Source of the DNA: a virus | Reading direction: 5' to 3' (one strand) | Virus record (IMG/VR): IMGVR_UViG_3300032267_001484 | Length of the DNA stretch: 64,000 bases | Shown: positions 19,463 through 30,367 of the stretch, one piece after another | How positions within the stretch are numbered: the stretch's first letter is position 1 | How the letters are laid out: each line of letters starts with the position of its first letter | Translations under genes and position numbers: made by a program | Notes under the pieces: generated by a model | Told to the model about the DNA's origin: nothing | Databases searched by the model: none | Seen by the model: the letters and a program-made list of their open reading frames with translations, nothing else

Positions 19463-20767
19463 TTATATCCTTTCTAAGCCGTGATATGATTTGCCTTGCT
19501 TTATACTTACAGGATATTCTAGGATTTTGGTTAGGTCGGATATTATATTACCGTCTTCTTTACTATAGTCGAATAAAAATGCATCATATGTGTATAATAC
19601 TAATTTGGTTTTTTTATTTTCTAAATATAAATAGTCTAATACTGATCTGAGTAACTGTACATTAGTTGATGTTTCATAACTTTGAACGATATAATTAAAC
19701 AATTTATTGCGAGCAACATTTTCATTACCACGTATAAATATCTTATTAGCAGTTGTATATGAGTTGCCATATTGATAGGTATCCCATATATTATCAATAA
19801 ACATATTTACTTGTTTGAAGAATGGTTTATCTTGATATTCATTCCAAACACCACCATATAACTGTTTAAATGTTAATTCTTTAGCTTCTTGTTTAGATAC
19901 ACCTAATATTTCACCAAGATATTCATATGTGTTTTTATCTTTAGGAAACTCAAAATCAACCATTTCACCAATCAGTCGTGGATGATATCCTTGAAAATCG
20001 ATTTCAATGAATGCATCATTCTCTGGTTTGTAGCATGTACGCTCGCCATTATCTTTATTTAATGCTGCAAAGTTGATATTATTAAATGTATTAGATGGGC
20101 GCGAAGTGGTTGTGTATAAATTATATTGAGTATATATTCTGCCCTTACTAATATTAAATTCGGGATGGTCAATCTTATCTTTATAGTGTTCTATAAAGCA
20201 GTTTTTATCTAATTTAATGCCGTTTTTTTCAATTTCATGAAATATCTCTGTGGTGTTATTATTTTGAAATTCAAACTGTAGAGTAATGGGATTATTTTTA
20301 ATTACAGGCAATGTGGCTTCAAATATTTTTTCACATTCCTCAAAATGTTTACTAATTGGAATTAGGCAACTTATATTAGGTAAATTCCTATGATGCATAT
20401 AATAAAAATCAAGACACGGAGAATCAGATAATGCATCAGTTAAATCAACAAACTCAAGTAAGTGAGCATCAAACAATTTATGTCTGATAGGATAAATCCA
20501 ATGCATAGCTGCTTTTTTATCTAACAACCATAATCTACCGTTATTAGATAACCATTTTACAACATCAATTTGATTTAACTTAAATGCTTCGTTGTGATCA
20601 ATACACAGCATGTATCCTTTTCTTCCATCAAGTGGTCTAATATAGACTAGACTTAGTTGGGTGAGCGAAGGATGGAAATTACTGTTACATGGAATAAGAT
20701 GAATGAAGCAATCTTCAAACGGACCTAATTTATCTAATTGGTCTTTACGTTCAATAATATAAAACAT
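19463..20767 (-). CDS. compact family A DNA polymerase-like protein with divergent motifs
   Basis: TTSRPSN, motif A IDFQGYHPR, motif B AKELTFKQLYGG, NYIVQS, motif C YTYDAFLFD. Confidence 0.8.
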   Translation of the reverse strand: MFYIIERKDQLDKLGPFEDCFIHLIPCNSNFHPSLTQLSLVYIRPLDGRKGYMLCIDHNEAFKLNQIDVVKWLSNNGRLWLLDKKAAMHWIYPIRHKLFDAHLLEFVDLTDALSDSPCLDFYYMHHRNLPNISCLIPISKHFEECEKIFEATLPVIKNNPITLQFEFQNNNTTEIFHEIEKNGIKLDKNCFIEHYKDKIDHPEFNISKGRIYTQYNLYTTTSRPSNTFNNINFAALNKDNGERTCYKPENDAFIEIDFQGYHPRLIGEMVDFEFPKDKNTYEYLGEILGVSKQEAKELTFKQLYGGVWNEYQDKPFFKQVNMFIDNIWDTYQYGNSYTTANKIFIRGNENVARNKLFNYIVQSYETSTNVQLLRSVLDYLYLENKKTKLVLYTYDAFLFDYSKEDGNIISDLTKILEYPVSIKQGKSYHGLERI

Positions 20768-20786
20768 ATTTCATAACCTTTAAGCC

Positions 20787-20812
20787 TAAATATAATAAGA
20801 AAATTTAGCCTA
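20787..20812 (-). promoter_or_regulatory. putative promoter TAGGC-N13-TATATTTA
   Basis: Same spacing as the motifs upstream of the HTH gene and queE. Confidence 0.5.
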
Positions 20813-20821
20813 ATAAAATCT

Positions 20822-21331
20822 TTAATCTGGAGGGAGTTCTGATAATATGAAGGTTTTTATTCCTGGCATTTGCTTTTCAGCATCGTCTAAAGTTTTCTGG
20901 TTTGCAAAGTAACCACCTTCAGGAAAGTCTATACTTATAGTTTGATAAATAGGATTATTTTGTAATTCACTAAATGTATCTTTATTAATTTCTCTTATTA
21001 GTATAGGATTGTTATTAATTTTTTTAGTAAAATATCTTGTTTTAGCGTAAATATCTCCTTTACTGATGACTGAAGGGAAAGAGATATTATTTATTTTAGT
21101 ATTAGATAATTTCCCAAATATATAAGTTGCTGCTCTTGTTAGTAAAGTATTAGTTTTATTAGTTTCTATCCTTATTAATTCAGAAGAATTTGTTTTAAAT
21201 ATTTTCCCAGCAAAAAATTTACCGTTTATTTCATAATAATATCCTTGATATTCTTTATATGAAATAGCATACATATACTCTTTACCTATAGTATATTTAT
21301 TTTCTTTTATTATATTAGAAGGTACTCTCAT
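20822..21331 (-). CDS. hypothetical protein
   Basis: Packed ORF downstream of the hub gene. Confidence 0.7.
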   Translation of the reverse strand: MRVPSNIIKENKYTIGKEYMYAISYKEYQGYYYEINGKFFAGKIFKTNSSELIRIETNKTNTLLTRAATYIFGKLSNTKINNISFPSVISKGDIYAKTRYFTKKINNNPILIREINKDTFSELQNNPIYQTISIDFPEGGYFANQKTLDDAEKQMPGIKTFILSELPPD

Positions 21332-21334
21332 ATT

Positions 21335-24300
21335 TTAAAAAGGTGCGTCTGCTACTTGAAAGTGCATCCAGTCATAATTTAATTCTCTTCCAAAACTTTT
21401 CCACCCATGCTTATACCAAATATTAATAAAAGGTATATATTCTGGTTTTGAGAATAGGGCGCTTCCTGTTTTTTGTTTATAAGCATTTTCAGAAGCGCAT
21501 AAATCTATTGCTATTCCCCAAGAGTGGATTGATGGTTCCCCAGGACAACATCTTTTATCTCTAGCATTATATAATCCTGAGTATCGGTTTAGCCTTAATG
21601 TTTTGATTTTTTCTAGGCCATAAGTTGCCAATATTTCTTTAAATATTTGTTCTAGACTATCTTTAGCTAATCTATGGACTTTGATAGAATTAATTGGAGC
21701 TGTTCCGTAATATAAAGTATATGGTAAATTGAGAGTAACTAATTGACTTGTATCTCCGGGTTCTCCATATTTGGCAACTACAGCAGACTGGCTTGTTTTT
21801 GCTTTTATATTTGATTTTTTCTTTTCAGTTTCTTCAGGATTAGGAGTTGGTGTTGTTGATTTTTTATCTTCTTTTTTTATCAAATCACTATATTTTAATT
21901 CTTCTCCTGAGGGGTCATCTAATGGAATAGTTTGAGCATCTATGTTAGTAGTCCAATCATTATTAGAAACTGAGTGGCCTATGCCTGTTACTGTATATCC
22001 TAGTTTGGAGCCAAGTGTTTCTCCTTTATATCCTTTAGGCAGTAATTCTTCAGGTATTTTAAACATATGTCCTATAACTAAACCACCTATGCCATCCATA
22101 GTAATAGACAATTTAGTAGGAATAATAGATCTATTTTTTACATCAGATTTAGTTAGGTTTTTATAGAAATTAATCAAATCTTTTAAAGCATTTTTATAAC
22201 TATCTGCTTTATCTGTATTATAATCTGAGTCTTCTACAAAACTCCACCAGGTGTTAAGTCTTTCAAAAAACCCATAGAATATATCTAAAATTGAGGCTAA
22301 ATTTGATAATTGTTCAGTAGTATTATTAGTTTTATTTGGGTTGGTTAAAGGATCTATTTTTTTAGGTATAATTCTATCTTCTAATCCTTTATTAAAATCC
22401 AACATTGTATTATTATCAGTAGCCATAGCACCTCCTCCTACTTGAGCCCCAATAGCTATTATAGAAGATTGGTCTGGGAATATTTGGGATTCTAATTTAT
22501 AAGACCTAACTGTAGATTTAGTATTATGCATCTCTAATTGGAAGAGATTTTTAAATACATCTTTTCTTGATTGGGTATCTACATAATTAATGTCTACCAT
22601 CCTTATAACACTATCAATAGGATCAACATGCAAATCAAAATTATTTACACGACCAATAGCGGATGATATTTCAGATAATATTCTTTTTAAGAAATCATAT
22701 AAGTTTATATCATTTTTCTCTTTTGTATCTGTAGATTGTAAATTATTATCTAAAGATAATCTATATAAAAAATTTACATTAACATATATATTTCCTATGA
22801 TTCCTATTTCTGTAGTAGGATCATTTTTGTAAAAATATGGATTTAATTTTTTTAAATAGGAAGAACTACTAGCTTCTTTAATGGTTTTTTCTTGTTGTTT
22901 TACTGCTTCTTTCTTTTTTTCCTCTAATTTTTCTTTTTCTACTATTGATGGATCTTTTCTTAAAAAATCAACATTATTTTTTCCTACAGCTCGCTCTATT
23001 TCCCCAGAAGTAAGACCTTTATCTAAATAACCATATAAATTTTTTCCTCCTCTTGCATGCCATATACGAGATAATTCTTTTACTTCGTTTGCATCCCCAT
23101 TTAATTTAGATGATAATTCTTTTATTAATGCTTCTTCATCTGTAAAAGTAGCTTCTATTTCTTTTTTTATATATTCAATTAATTTATTATATACAGAAAC
23201 GTTTGTGTTAGTGTAACGTACTACATTTGTATCTGCGGGGGAATTTAGTTCTTTTACTACATCTGGGGAAGGTATTGTCCCATCAGCCCAAGTAGGGCTA
23301 TTAATAAGACAAACAGAAGGATCCATGGATATTTGTAAAGGATGACCTAAACACAATAAATATCCTCCTTCTCCTGTATTAGGGTCGGGGGTGTTAGGGC
23401 TAGATTTATCATATTCTCTATCAAATACAGAACAAGTTACATAAGCTGAGTTGCTGTTGGAATCTTTAAATATGACATAGTTATTAATTAGGCTGCTTAG
23501 ACTTTCTAATGTAATATAAACTTGTACATCACTTGCTCCTACATCTCCTTCACTATTTGATTCCCCTACTCCCCCATGTATATTGATTTTTTTTCTAAAA
23601 GCATGATATTTAGTATTTTTTCCTTTATCCTCAATATCAAAAGCAGTTTCATCACCTTTTTCTTTTCCTAAATACCACAATTCATAAAATAAACCAGCTA
23701 AAATATTTTTAGAATATTGGTCTTTTAAATCATCTTCATCAGCACCGGACTGTAGTAACCCTCCATTACCTATTACTTGATCTATATTGTTAAGAGGAGA
23801 ATAATTTACTTTTAAAGATTCCATTATTTCCCCTACTGAGATAATTGTGGTAGTACAATCATATCCTCCATCTTCTCTAGCAGCCCAGCTATAATTTTTT
23901 ACATATCCAAATAAAGCATCATAATTACCGTTGTATTTTTTAACAGCAGTATCGTATAAGTCTTTAAATATTTGTTCTTTTGTTGGAGTTTTATTTATTA
24001 TATCGTAAAAATCAACAAATGTTTTTAATTTTTCATCATTTCCTAAATAAGGTGCCCATCCCCATTCAACTAATACTGTGTATCCGGGGCGCATATAGAG
24101 AAGCTCTAAATCTTCAAGTTGCTTAATATCCCAGGCATTAAAATTAACTGTTACTTCTTTTAAAGAACCATATGCTGATTTGGATTTAACCTCAATATTA
24201 GTAATACCAGGCATAGGGCGCATACCCAATCTATTGTATTTATTTCCAGGAGAAAGTAAACTATATGCTTGTCCTTCAACCCCTACTCCTGAGCGTACTG

Positions 24301-24529
24301 TGTTATTGGGGTATAATGTTCCTCCTTGTAAGATATATTGGGAAGCTAAGGTATTTGTTGGTTCTTGGTCAGGTCCTTCTTTAACATTAACAGCAGAACT
24401 CATTCTAACCCAAGCATTGCGAGCATTAAAATATTGAATTGCATCAGGAGTGCGTTCAAATATAGCTTTTTGCCTTGCTTCTAATTGCCTTGCTATCTCA
24501 GGTTTGAATGTATCTTTAAATATTGACAT
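21335..24529 (-). CDS. baseplate hub-like protein with a C-terminal M15 peptidoglycan peptidase
   Basis: RPMPGIT..YMRPGYTVLVEWGW hub-type N-terminus; SIHSWGIAIDL...DWMHFQ M15 zinc motif. Confidence 0.8.
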   Translation of the reverse strand: MSIFKDTFKPEIARQLEARQKAIFERTPDAIQYFNARNAWVRMSSAVNVKEGPDQEPTNTLASQYILQGGTLYPNNTVRSGVGVEGQAYSLLSPGNKYNRLGMRPMPGITNIEVKSKSAYGSLKEVTVNFNAWDIKQLEDLELLYMRPGYTVLVEWGWAPYLGNDEKLKTFVDFYDIINKTPTKEQIFKDLYDTAVKKYNGNYDALFGYVKNYSWAAREDGGYDCTTTIISVGEIMESLKVNYSPLNNIDQVIGNGGLLQSGADEDDLKDQYSKNILAGLFYELWYLGKEKGDETAFDIEDKGKNTKYHAFRKKINIHGGVGESNSEGDVGASDVQVYITLESLSSLINNYVIFKDSNSNSAYVTCSVFDREYDKSSPNTPDPNTGEGGYLLCLGHPLQISMDPSVCLINSPTWADGTIPSPDVVKELNSPADTNVVRYTNTNVSVYNKLIEYIKKEIEATFTDEEALIKELSSKLNGDANEVKELSRIWHARGGKNLYGYLDKGLTSGEIERAVGKNNVDFLRKDPSIVEKEKLEEKKKEAVKQQEKTIKEASSSSYLKKLNPYFYKNDPTTEIGIIGNIYVNVNFLYRLSLDNNLQSTDTKEKNDINLYDFLKRILSEISSAIGRVNNFDLHVDPIDSVIRMVDINYVDTQSRKDVFKNLFQLEMHNTKSTVRSYKLESQIFPDQSSIIAIGAQVGGGAMATDNNTMLDFNKGLEDRIIPKKIDPLTNPNKTNNTTEQLSNLASILDIFYGFFERLNTWWSFVEDSDYNTDKADSYKNALKDLINFYKNLTKSDVKNRSIIPTKLSITMDGIGGLVIGHMFKIPEELLPKGYKGETLGSKLGYTVTGIGHSVSNNDWTTNIDAQTIPLDDPSGEELKYSDLIKKEDKKSTTPTPNPEETEKKKSNIKAKTSQSAVVAKYGEPGDTSQLVTLNLPYTLYYGTAPINSIKVHRLAKDSLEQIFKEILATYGLEKIKTLRLNRYSGLYNARDKRCCPGEPSIHSWGIAIDLCASENAYKQKTGSALFSKPEYIPFINIWYKHGWKSFGRELNYDWMHFQVADAPF

Positions 24530-24534
24530 AACAT

Positions 24535-24837
24535 TTATCTTGCTTTATTGAATTGATCAAATAATTTCAAAACAGTTCCTAAATCAGTTGGTATTCTTAA
24601 TTGAGTACCAGGTGTTGGGTATAATGCTCCTTTAGTAGCATTATTATTAGCCATTGATATTACCCACCATAAAGTAGCATCTTGATAATAACTATATGCT
24701 AATGAATCTAATCTGTCACCTACAGTAGTAATAACATATACATCACTTTCTGATAAAGGTATATTCGGATAGAATTTACTTTTATAGTAAGGTCTATAGT
24801 TTCTTGTTAATATAGGAGTATTATCGTATCGATTCAT
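24535..24837 (-). CDS. LysM-like baseplate wedge protein (gp53/tail X-like)
   Basis: GDRLDSLAYSYYQDATLWWVISMAN..PGTQLRIP. Confidence 0.85.
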   Translation of the reverse strand: MNRYDNTPILTRNYRPYYKSKFYPNIPLSESDVYVITTVGDRLDSLAYSYYQDATLWWVISMANNNATKGALYPTPGTQLRIPTDLGTVLKLFDQFNKAR

Positions 24838-27143
24838 TATTGACGACTATTTTTATTGAAAAAATCTCTAAGTGCTTGATCCTGTTCTTTAGTAAATGGT
24901 TTAGCACCACCTTTTTTCTTTTCTAAAGCATCTGCTCTCATTTTAACTTTATCCCTATCAGTAGCCGCAGTATATGATGTATCTTTTCTATCCGGTGGTA
25001 TATCATTTATAGTTTTTACCACTGGTTTTGGATCAGGTTGTTTTGGTTTTGGTGGTAGCTCTGGTTTGGGGTCAGGTTGTGGTGGAACTGGATCTGGTGT
25101 TTTGGTTCTAAATCCACAATCGTAGTGTTGAGGTAAGAAATTATGAATTAGAGTAAACCCAAATGTTACTTTTATATAGAATGCTATACCTTCATCTAAG
25201 TCCCAAGATGAATCTTGTATAGGAGTAAAAGTTAAGTTATTTATAATTCCTGGTTGGTAGTCAACATAGCCTCCTATTTTTAGTTTGGTTATAATTCCAC
25301 CTAATAATAGATTATTTTGGTATTTTCCAGCTAAAGTAGAAGCTAGTTCACTTAAAGTGCAATGTTTGCTTATTAATTCTTCTTTATTAAAACAAGGAAT
25401 ATTAAATCCTACATTTAATGAACGTTTGAAACTATTAAATATATAAAAATTTTCTGCTCTACCTACATATTTTACATCACTCCATCCACTATCATATGCT
25501 TCAGAATAATCTGTTAAATAACCTAAAAATTTTAATTCTTTTAAAGAAAGACCAGTAAATGGATCTAATGGATTAAATATTAAAGCCAACTTATCTTCAC
25601 TAACAGCAGTATCATTAGTTCTCTCAAATTTATTTTCTAATTCAGCTTTTACATAATTAAAATCTTTATCACTTCTATTTACATTAACTGTTACTACACT
25701 TTTACTAGTATCTTTAGATGAATTGTAATTAGGAAAAAGTTGTACTTTATTTTGATTAGTATTTCTACTTAATGCTGTAAGGCCATCATAAGATGAAGTC
25801 ATTTCATTTACCCTAACAGGATTAGGTAAATTATAATCATCTACTGGATTAATGATTTCAAGCAGATCAGAAGCGTTACCTGAAGGGCTAATTCCTGGTT
25901 TGTCTGTATATAATTTATATTTATTGTTTCTTTTATCAACTGTTTCTTTTATTCTACTGTATATAGCTTGGGGGCTATTATCTGTGGGAGAATATTTGAC
26001 AGCTGTTTTAAGAGGATGATTAACTAATTTTAATAGTTCTGGGGATAATTTTGATATTTCTAGATCAGCCTCTTTATTTACCTTTTTAGGTCCAGTTGAT
26101 GGAGTCCATGTAACTTTTCCAGAATAAGTTTCTGCTTTAGTAATTTCATTTGTTCCATTACTAGGAGAAGATATAGAACCATAAGAAACAGCTGATGTAA
26201 AAGTAGAGGTAGAATAAAGAGAGGCTTCTCTAAACCCACCATTACGAACTTTTTCATCAATTGTGGGGATATGTTGTTCGTTATATTTTTTATTTTTGGC
26301 AGCCTCTATTCTAAGGTTATCATTGGTGTGTTCTGGTATTCTTTTAATTAGGGTTCTTCCTATTCCATAGACTGAATTAGGACCTCCTATATAGTCAGCA
26401 ATTCTGCTACTTTGAATATCATTATAAACAGAGTTAGCAAAAGGTATTCCACCTTCAAAGGTAGCGGCAATAACACTTAAAGTTTTTTGTTCTTTTTTTC
26501 TTAATTTAATATTACCTTTATAAAGATCATAATTAATACCTAAACCAAATCTATTTCTTAAACCTTCTAATTTATTATTAGGAGCTCCTTCTCCTTCATT
26601 ATTATTTTGAGCAACTGCTAAGTACTTAGTTTGATCATCTTGAACAGGTAATAAACCATGTCTGTTGAAATGTTGACCAAAAGCATTAACAGGTACTTGT
26701 GCTAATGTATTAATTCCTAAATTATAAATACGAGTAGGACCTACAGCATTTACTATTTTATTTGCTGTGTTTAGAATAAAATTGCCTACATTTCGCAATA
26801 ATCCATTACCCCTAGTAGGTGAATCTGTTTTAAGTTTTTTAGTTTCTAATTGGGGATTAGATAGTTGTAACCCTACTTGTTTAACAATAAACAATGGACC
26901 TTTTGGGAAATCCTTAAGAAATTTCCCTATACGAAGTGTATCAACAATTGAAGCATTAGCAGCACCTACAGCACCCCCTCTAACTAACCCATCATCAAAT
27001 TTGGTTAATCTAAATTGGTTAAAACCACTATCAACTTTATTTATATCTACTTGTTGATAAGGTTGTCCGCTATTACCTCCACCAGGTTGATCTTGTCCGT
27101 ACTTAAGTGATTTTAAGTTTGTTTTTAGATCTAGTAGGGCCAT
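24837..27143 (-). CDS. baseplate / tail-tube initiator-like protein
   Basis: C-terminal WSDVKYVGRAENFYIFNSFKRS..PGIINNL..SWD tube-like domain; position between tape measure and wedge genes. Confidence 0.65.
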   Translation of the reverse strand: MALLDLKTNLKSLKYGQDQPGGGNSGQPYQQVDINKVDSGFNQFRLTKFDDGLVRGGAVGAANASIVDTLRIGKFLKDFPKGPLFIVKQVGLQLSNPQLETKKLKTDSPTRGNGLLRNVGNFILNTANKIVNAVGPTRIYNLGINTLAQVPVNAFGQHFNRHGLLPVQDDQTKYLAVAQNNNEGEGAPNNKLEGLRNRFGLGINYDLYKGNIKLRKKEQKTLSVIAATFEGGIPFANSVYNDIQSSRIADYIGGPNSVYGIGRTLIKRIPEHTNDNLRIEAAKNKKYNEQHIPTIDEKVRNGGFREASLYSTSTFTSAVSYGSISSPSNGTNEITKAETYSGKVTWTPSTGPKKVNKEADLEISKLSPELLKLVNHPLKTAVKYSPTDNSPQAIYSRIKETVDKRNNKYKLYTDKPGISPSGNASDLLEIINPVDDYNLPNPVRVNEMTSSYDGLTALSRNTNQNKVQLFPNYNSSKDTSKSVVTVNVNRSDKDFNYVKAELENKFERTNDTAVSEDKLALIFNPLDPFTGLSLKELKFLGYLTDYSEAYDSGWSDVKYVGRAENFYIFNSFKRSLNVGFNIPCFNKEELISKHCTLSELASTLAGKYQNNLLLGGIITKLKIGGYVDYQPGIINNLTFTPIQDSSWDLDEGIAFYIKVTFGFTLIHNFLPQHYDCGFRTKTPDPVPPQPDPKPELPPKPKQPDPKPVVKTINDIPPDRKDTSYTAATDRDKVKMRADALEKKKGGAKPFTKEQDQALRDFFNKNSRQ

Positions 27144-27153
27144 TTATATTATA

Positions 27154-27450
27154 TTAATAACGTCCTCCGTCAGGTCCTAAATCCTTATATTGACGTCCTG
27201 TTTTAGATTTATATACTTGTGATACAACTCCAACTGGACTTAGGTTTGGGGCTTGAGGGTCTAACTCATCCATTCTAGATGGTCTAGGAATAATTCCTGC
27301 ATTTCCATTGCTTGATATCCATCTTACGTTTGGAGTACCATCAATTGAATAAACATTGTGAAGAGCAGTTGCAGGGCTAACATCAAATGTTGCTGGTCTA
27401 ATACCTTTTAAACCTAGAGGGCTGTTTGGTAATTTTTCTAATAATGCCAT
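27154..27450 (-). CDS. hypothetical virion protein
   Basis: Has its own ATATTTAT motif; lies in the tail module. Confidence 0.65.
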   Translation of the reverse strand: MALLEKLPNSPLGLKGIRPATFDVSPATALHNVYSIDGTPNVRWISSNGNAGIIPRPSRMDELDPQAPNLSPVGVVSQVYKSKTGRQYKDLGPDGGRY

Positions 27451-27484
27451 GGTTCTATTGTTTTATACGAATAAATATTTAAAA

Positions 27485-30313
27485 TTATCGTGGTTTGTAT
27501 GAATTTTGTACTAATGTAGTGCCTACTTTTGTACCATCCATATTGATAGATGTATCTTTATTATATAACCTGTCAATAGCTGTTTTAACTTCATTAATTG
27601 CTGTTACCATAGGGGTAAGATCTAATGATAGAGTTGCATTGCTAATTGCTGCTGCTATTAAGTTAGAATCTAATGCCGGAGCTGAGTTGATATTTGGAGA
27701 AACAGCTAATCCATCACCTTTTTTAGTGACAGCCATCTTTCCAAATTTATCTTCAATTTTAAAAGGTCCAGAATTTGAAAATGCAACTCCATCTTCTACT
27801 TCTTGTACTTCTTCATTTTCATTATCAGATAGTAATGATCCTAAACCTCCTATTAATCCACCAACACCTGCTCCAATTGCTGTACCAATACCTGGGATTA
27901 TGCTTCCTATCATTGCTCCTATTCCTGCTCCACTTAAAGCGCCACTACCTACTCCTAATGTTTTTGCTAAATTTTTATTTCCAGCTTCTGCTGCTTTTTC
28001 AGCTCCATAATCTAAAGCCATACCTCCTAATATGCCACCAACAGAGGCTTTTCCTAAAAACCTACCAGCACCTTTAGCTATTCCTTTAATTCCAGGTTTA
28101 ACCATTCTTGATAATGATTTACCAGCACCTTTTACTCCACCTCCTTGATAAGCTTGTTTTAATCTTCCAAAAATACCACCTCTACTTTTAGTTACACTTC
28201 CTTCTTTTCCACCTAATAAATCTCCTAAACCACCACCCCCACCAGCAGCACTAATATCTCTTGTAACCATTGGGTTTAAAATAGTACCTTTAGTCATTGA
28301 TTTGGCAACCAATGCTATTAAAGTACCAATTGTAGCTACAGAAGCAATTCCACCTAATAATCCTCCTAATCCAGGAATACTTTTAATAAAAGACCCTATC
28401 TTACCAAAATAACCAAATATTTTGGCTACATAATTTAAACCATCAGATAATGAATCTACAAATGATCCAAGAGGCCCTGCTAATAAATTACCAACTATGC
28501 TTTGTAGTTTAAGCATAGCAGCGTTAAACTTATCTTGTATATTTTGTCTTTCAAGTGCTTTTATTCTTTCTTCTTCAGTAACTTGAGCTAATGATTTACC
28601 ACTAGCTAAAGCTTCTTCTCTTTTCCTTAATGTATTTGCAAGTTCATCAGCTGTCATTCCAACAGCTTCAGCTAATGCTTTCTGTTGTAATACATTCATT
28701 TTAGAAAAATCAGCTGCTGTACCTACATTTTTGGCTAACTCTTCAGCTAATGCTATTTGATCACCAGCCAAAGCAGCTGCTCTAGCTCTTTCTAAGTTAA
28801 GTTGTTTACCAGTTAATAACTCAGCTTTTAATTCATTTTCAATTGATGATTCAAAGTTAAGAAGAGACTCACCTGCTTTAGCAACCTGATCTAAAGTCAT
28901 TCCAAATGCTTTAGCAGTAACAATAGCTTTAGCTATACGTTCTGGGTTGAATCCTAGATTGGCTGCTAGCTGTCCGGATACTTTTACTGCTTCTGCTAAT
29001 GTGGCTTTAAAATTAATTCCAACTTTAAGTTGATTAGCAGTTGCATTTAATCCTTTAACAAAGGATTTATATGTTTGTTCTGAGGTTTTCCCATTTAAAA
29101 CAGCAAAACGTTGTATTTGTGCTGCTTCATCTGCTTGTAACCCAACTTGTTTAGTTAATTTAATTTGAGTTTCAAGTTGATCAGCAGTAAATTCATATGA
29201 AAAACCTATTGCTTCAGATAGTTGTCCAAATGCTTCTACTAAATTAGCAGTATTAACATTTAAATTATTTGAAACACTTTCTATTTGTACTAAACTCTCT
29301 CTAAAAGCATCTGCTCTTTCAGCTCCATATCCTAAAGATTTTCCTAATTCTACGGATTGAGCATTTGCATTTAATGCTGATTTAAAGAAGAAATTGGCAA
29401 GCTTTAACATTATTCCCAATTGAGTAACTGGGTCTTTGAGTGCTTCCCCTATTCCTTTAAATATGCCTTTAGTTGCTGTAGATACAACAGCCCATTTATC
29501 CCCAGACTTAGCAGCTTCTTTCATATCATCTTTGAGATCTTCAAAGAAACCACTACTAATTCCTAATTTACCTAGAGAACCTACAATTCCATCTATTATC
29601 TGCCCAGTAAATCCTAAAGTTTTTTGAATTTTCTTTTCAGTATTTAATCTTTCTTCAGTAAGTTGTTCTATTTTTCTAATACCATATTCTTCATCTTCTA
29701 ATAAACCTTTTACTTCATTGTTTGCTTGAATTATTTTTCTTGCTAAACTTTCTTCTTTAGCTATTGAATTTATTATTTCATCTATTCTTTTTTGTTGTTC
29801 TTTAGTAAGATTACCATTTTGTCTTTCTAAAGCAACATATCTATCATATTCCTCATTTAACTTTTGTTGAATTTCTAATGATGCTCTAAGTGATTCTTCA
29901 TTTAATTCTAAAGCTTTAGTTAATTCAGTACGCTGAATATTGGTTTTTTTCTTAATAGTTTCCAGCTCTTTTTTAGATAAGTCTGATATTCCATCTTGAT
30001 CATATTTTAGTTTATTAGCTATTGATGATAATTTGGAATAAGAACTGGTTATATCTTTATTAAAGGATTTTTGTCCTTTTAATTCTGCTGTAACTCGTTT
30101 TAAAGATTCATAAAAGTAGTTAGTATCCGTGTCCAAACCATCCATTTCTTTTCTAATGGATTTTAAAGCAGATTCTGCTCCTCTAACCCCACCACCAAAA
30201 CTAGCTATAGCTTGATCTACATCTTTAAAAAATTGTCCACCTAACGAAGCAACACGCTGGTTAAGGTCATCTATTTGTTTTCTAAGTTGTTCTAATTGTT
30301 CTTTTGGATCCAT
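27485..30313 (-). CDS. tail tape measure protein
   Basis: Long helical Ala/Leu/Lys-rich protein with a Gly-rich hydrophobic C-terminal region; downstream of the tube and chaperone genes. Confidence 0.85.
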   Translation of the reverse strand: MDPKEQLEQLRKQIDDLNQRVASLGGQFFKDVDQAIASFGGGVRGAESALKSIRKEMDGLDTDTNYFYESLKRVTAELKGQKSFNKDITSSYSKLSSIANKLKYDQDGISDLSKKELETIKKKTNIQRTELTKALELNEESLRASLEIQQKLNEEYDRYVALERQNGNLTKEQQKRIDEIINSIAKEESLARKIIQANNEVKGLLEDEEYGIRKIEQLTEERLNTEKKIQKTLGFTGQIIDGIVGSLGKLGISSGFFEDLKDDMKEAAKSGDKWAVVSTATKGIFKGIGEALKDPVTQLGIMLKLANFFFKSALNANAQSVELGKSLGYGAERADAFRESLVQIESVSNNLNVNTANLVEAFGQLSEAIGFSYEFTADQLETQIKLTKQVGLQADEAAQIQRFAVLNGKTSEQTYKSFVKGLNATANQLKVGINFKATLAEAVKVSGQLAANLGFNPERIAKAIVTAKAFGMTLDQVAKAGESLLNFESSIENELKAELLTGKQLNLERARAAALAGDQIALAEELAKNVGTAADFSKMNVLQQKALAEAVGMTADELANTLRKREEALASGKSLAQVTEEERIKALERQNIQDKFNAAMLKLQSIVGNLLAGPLGSFVDSLSDGLNYVAKIFGYFGKIGSFIKSIPGLGGLLGGIASVATIGTLIALVAKSMTKGTILNPMVTRDISAAGGGGGLGDLLGGKEGSVTKSRGGIFGRLKQAYQGGGVKGAGKSLSRMVKPGIKGIAKGAGRFLGKASVGGILGGMALDYGAEKAAEAGNKNLAKTLGVGSGALSGAGIGAMIGSIIPGIGTAIGAGVGGLIGGLGSLLSDNENEEVQEVEDGVAFSNSGPFKIEDKFGKMAVTKKGDGLAVSPNINSAPALDSNLIAAAISNATLSLDLTPMVTAINEVKTAIDRLYNKDTSINMDGTKVGTTLVQNSYKPR

Positions 30314-30340
30314 AAGTAAATAATACTACATATAAATATT

Positions 30341-30367
30341 AAAGCGCCCTATTTCTTGGGCGCTTTA
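30341..30367 (-). terminator. hairpin / terminator immediately before a promoter motif
   Basis: Perfect 9-bp stem AAAGCGCCC/GGGCGCTTT. Confidence 0.65.
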
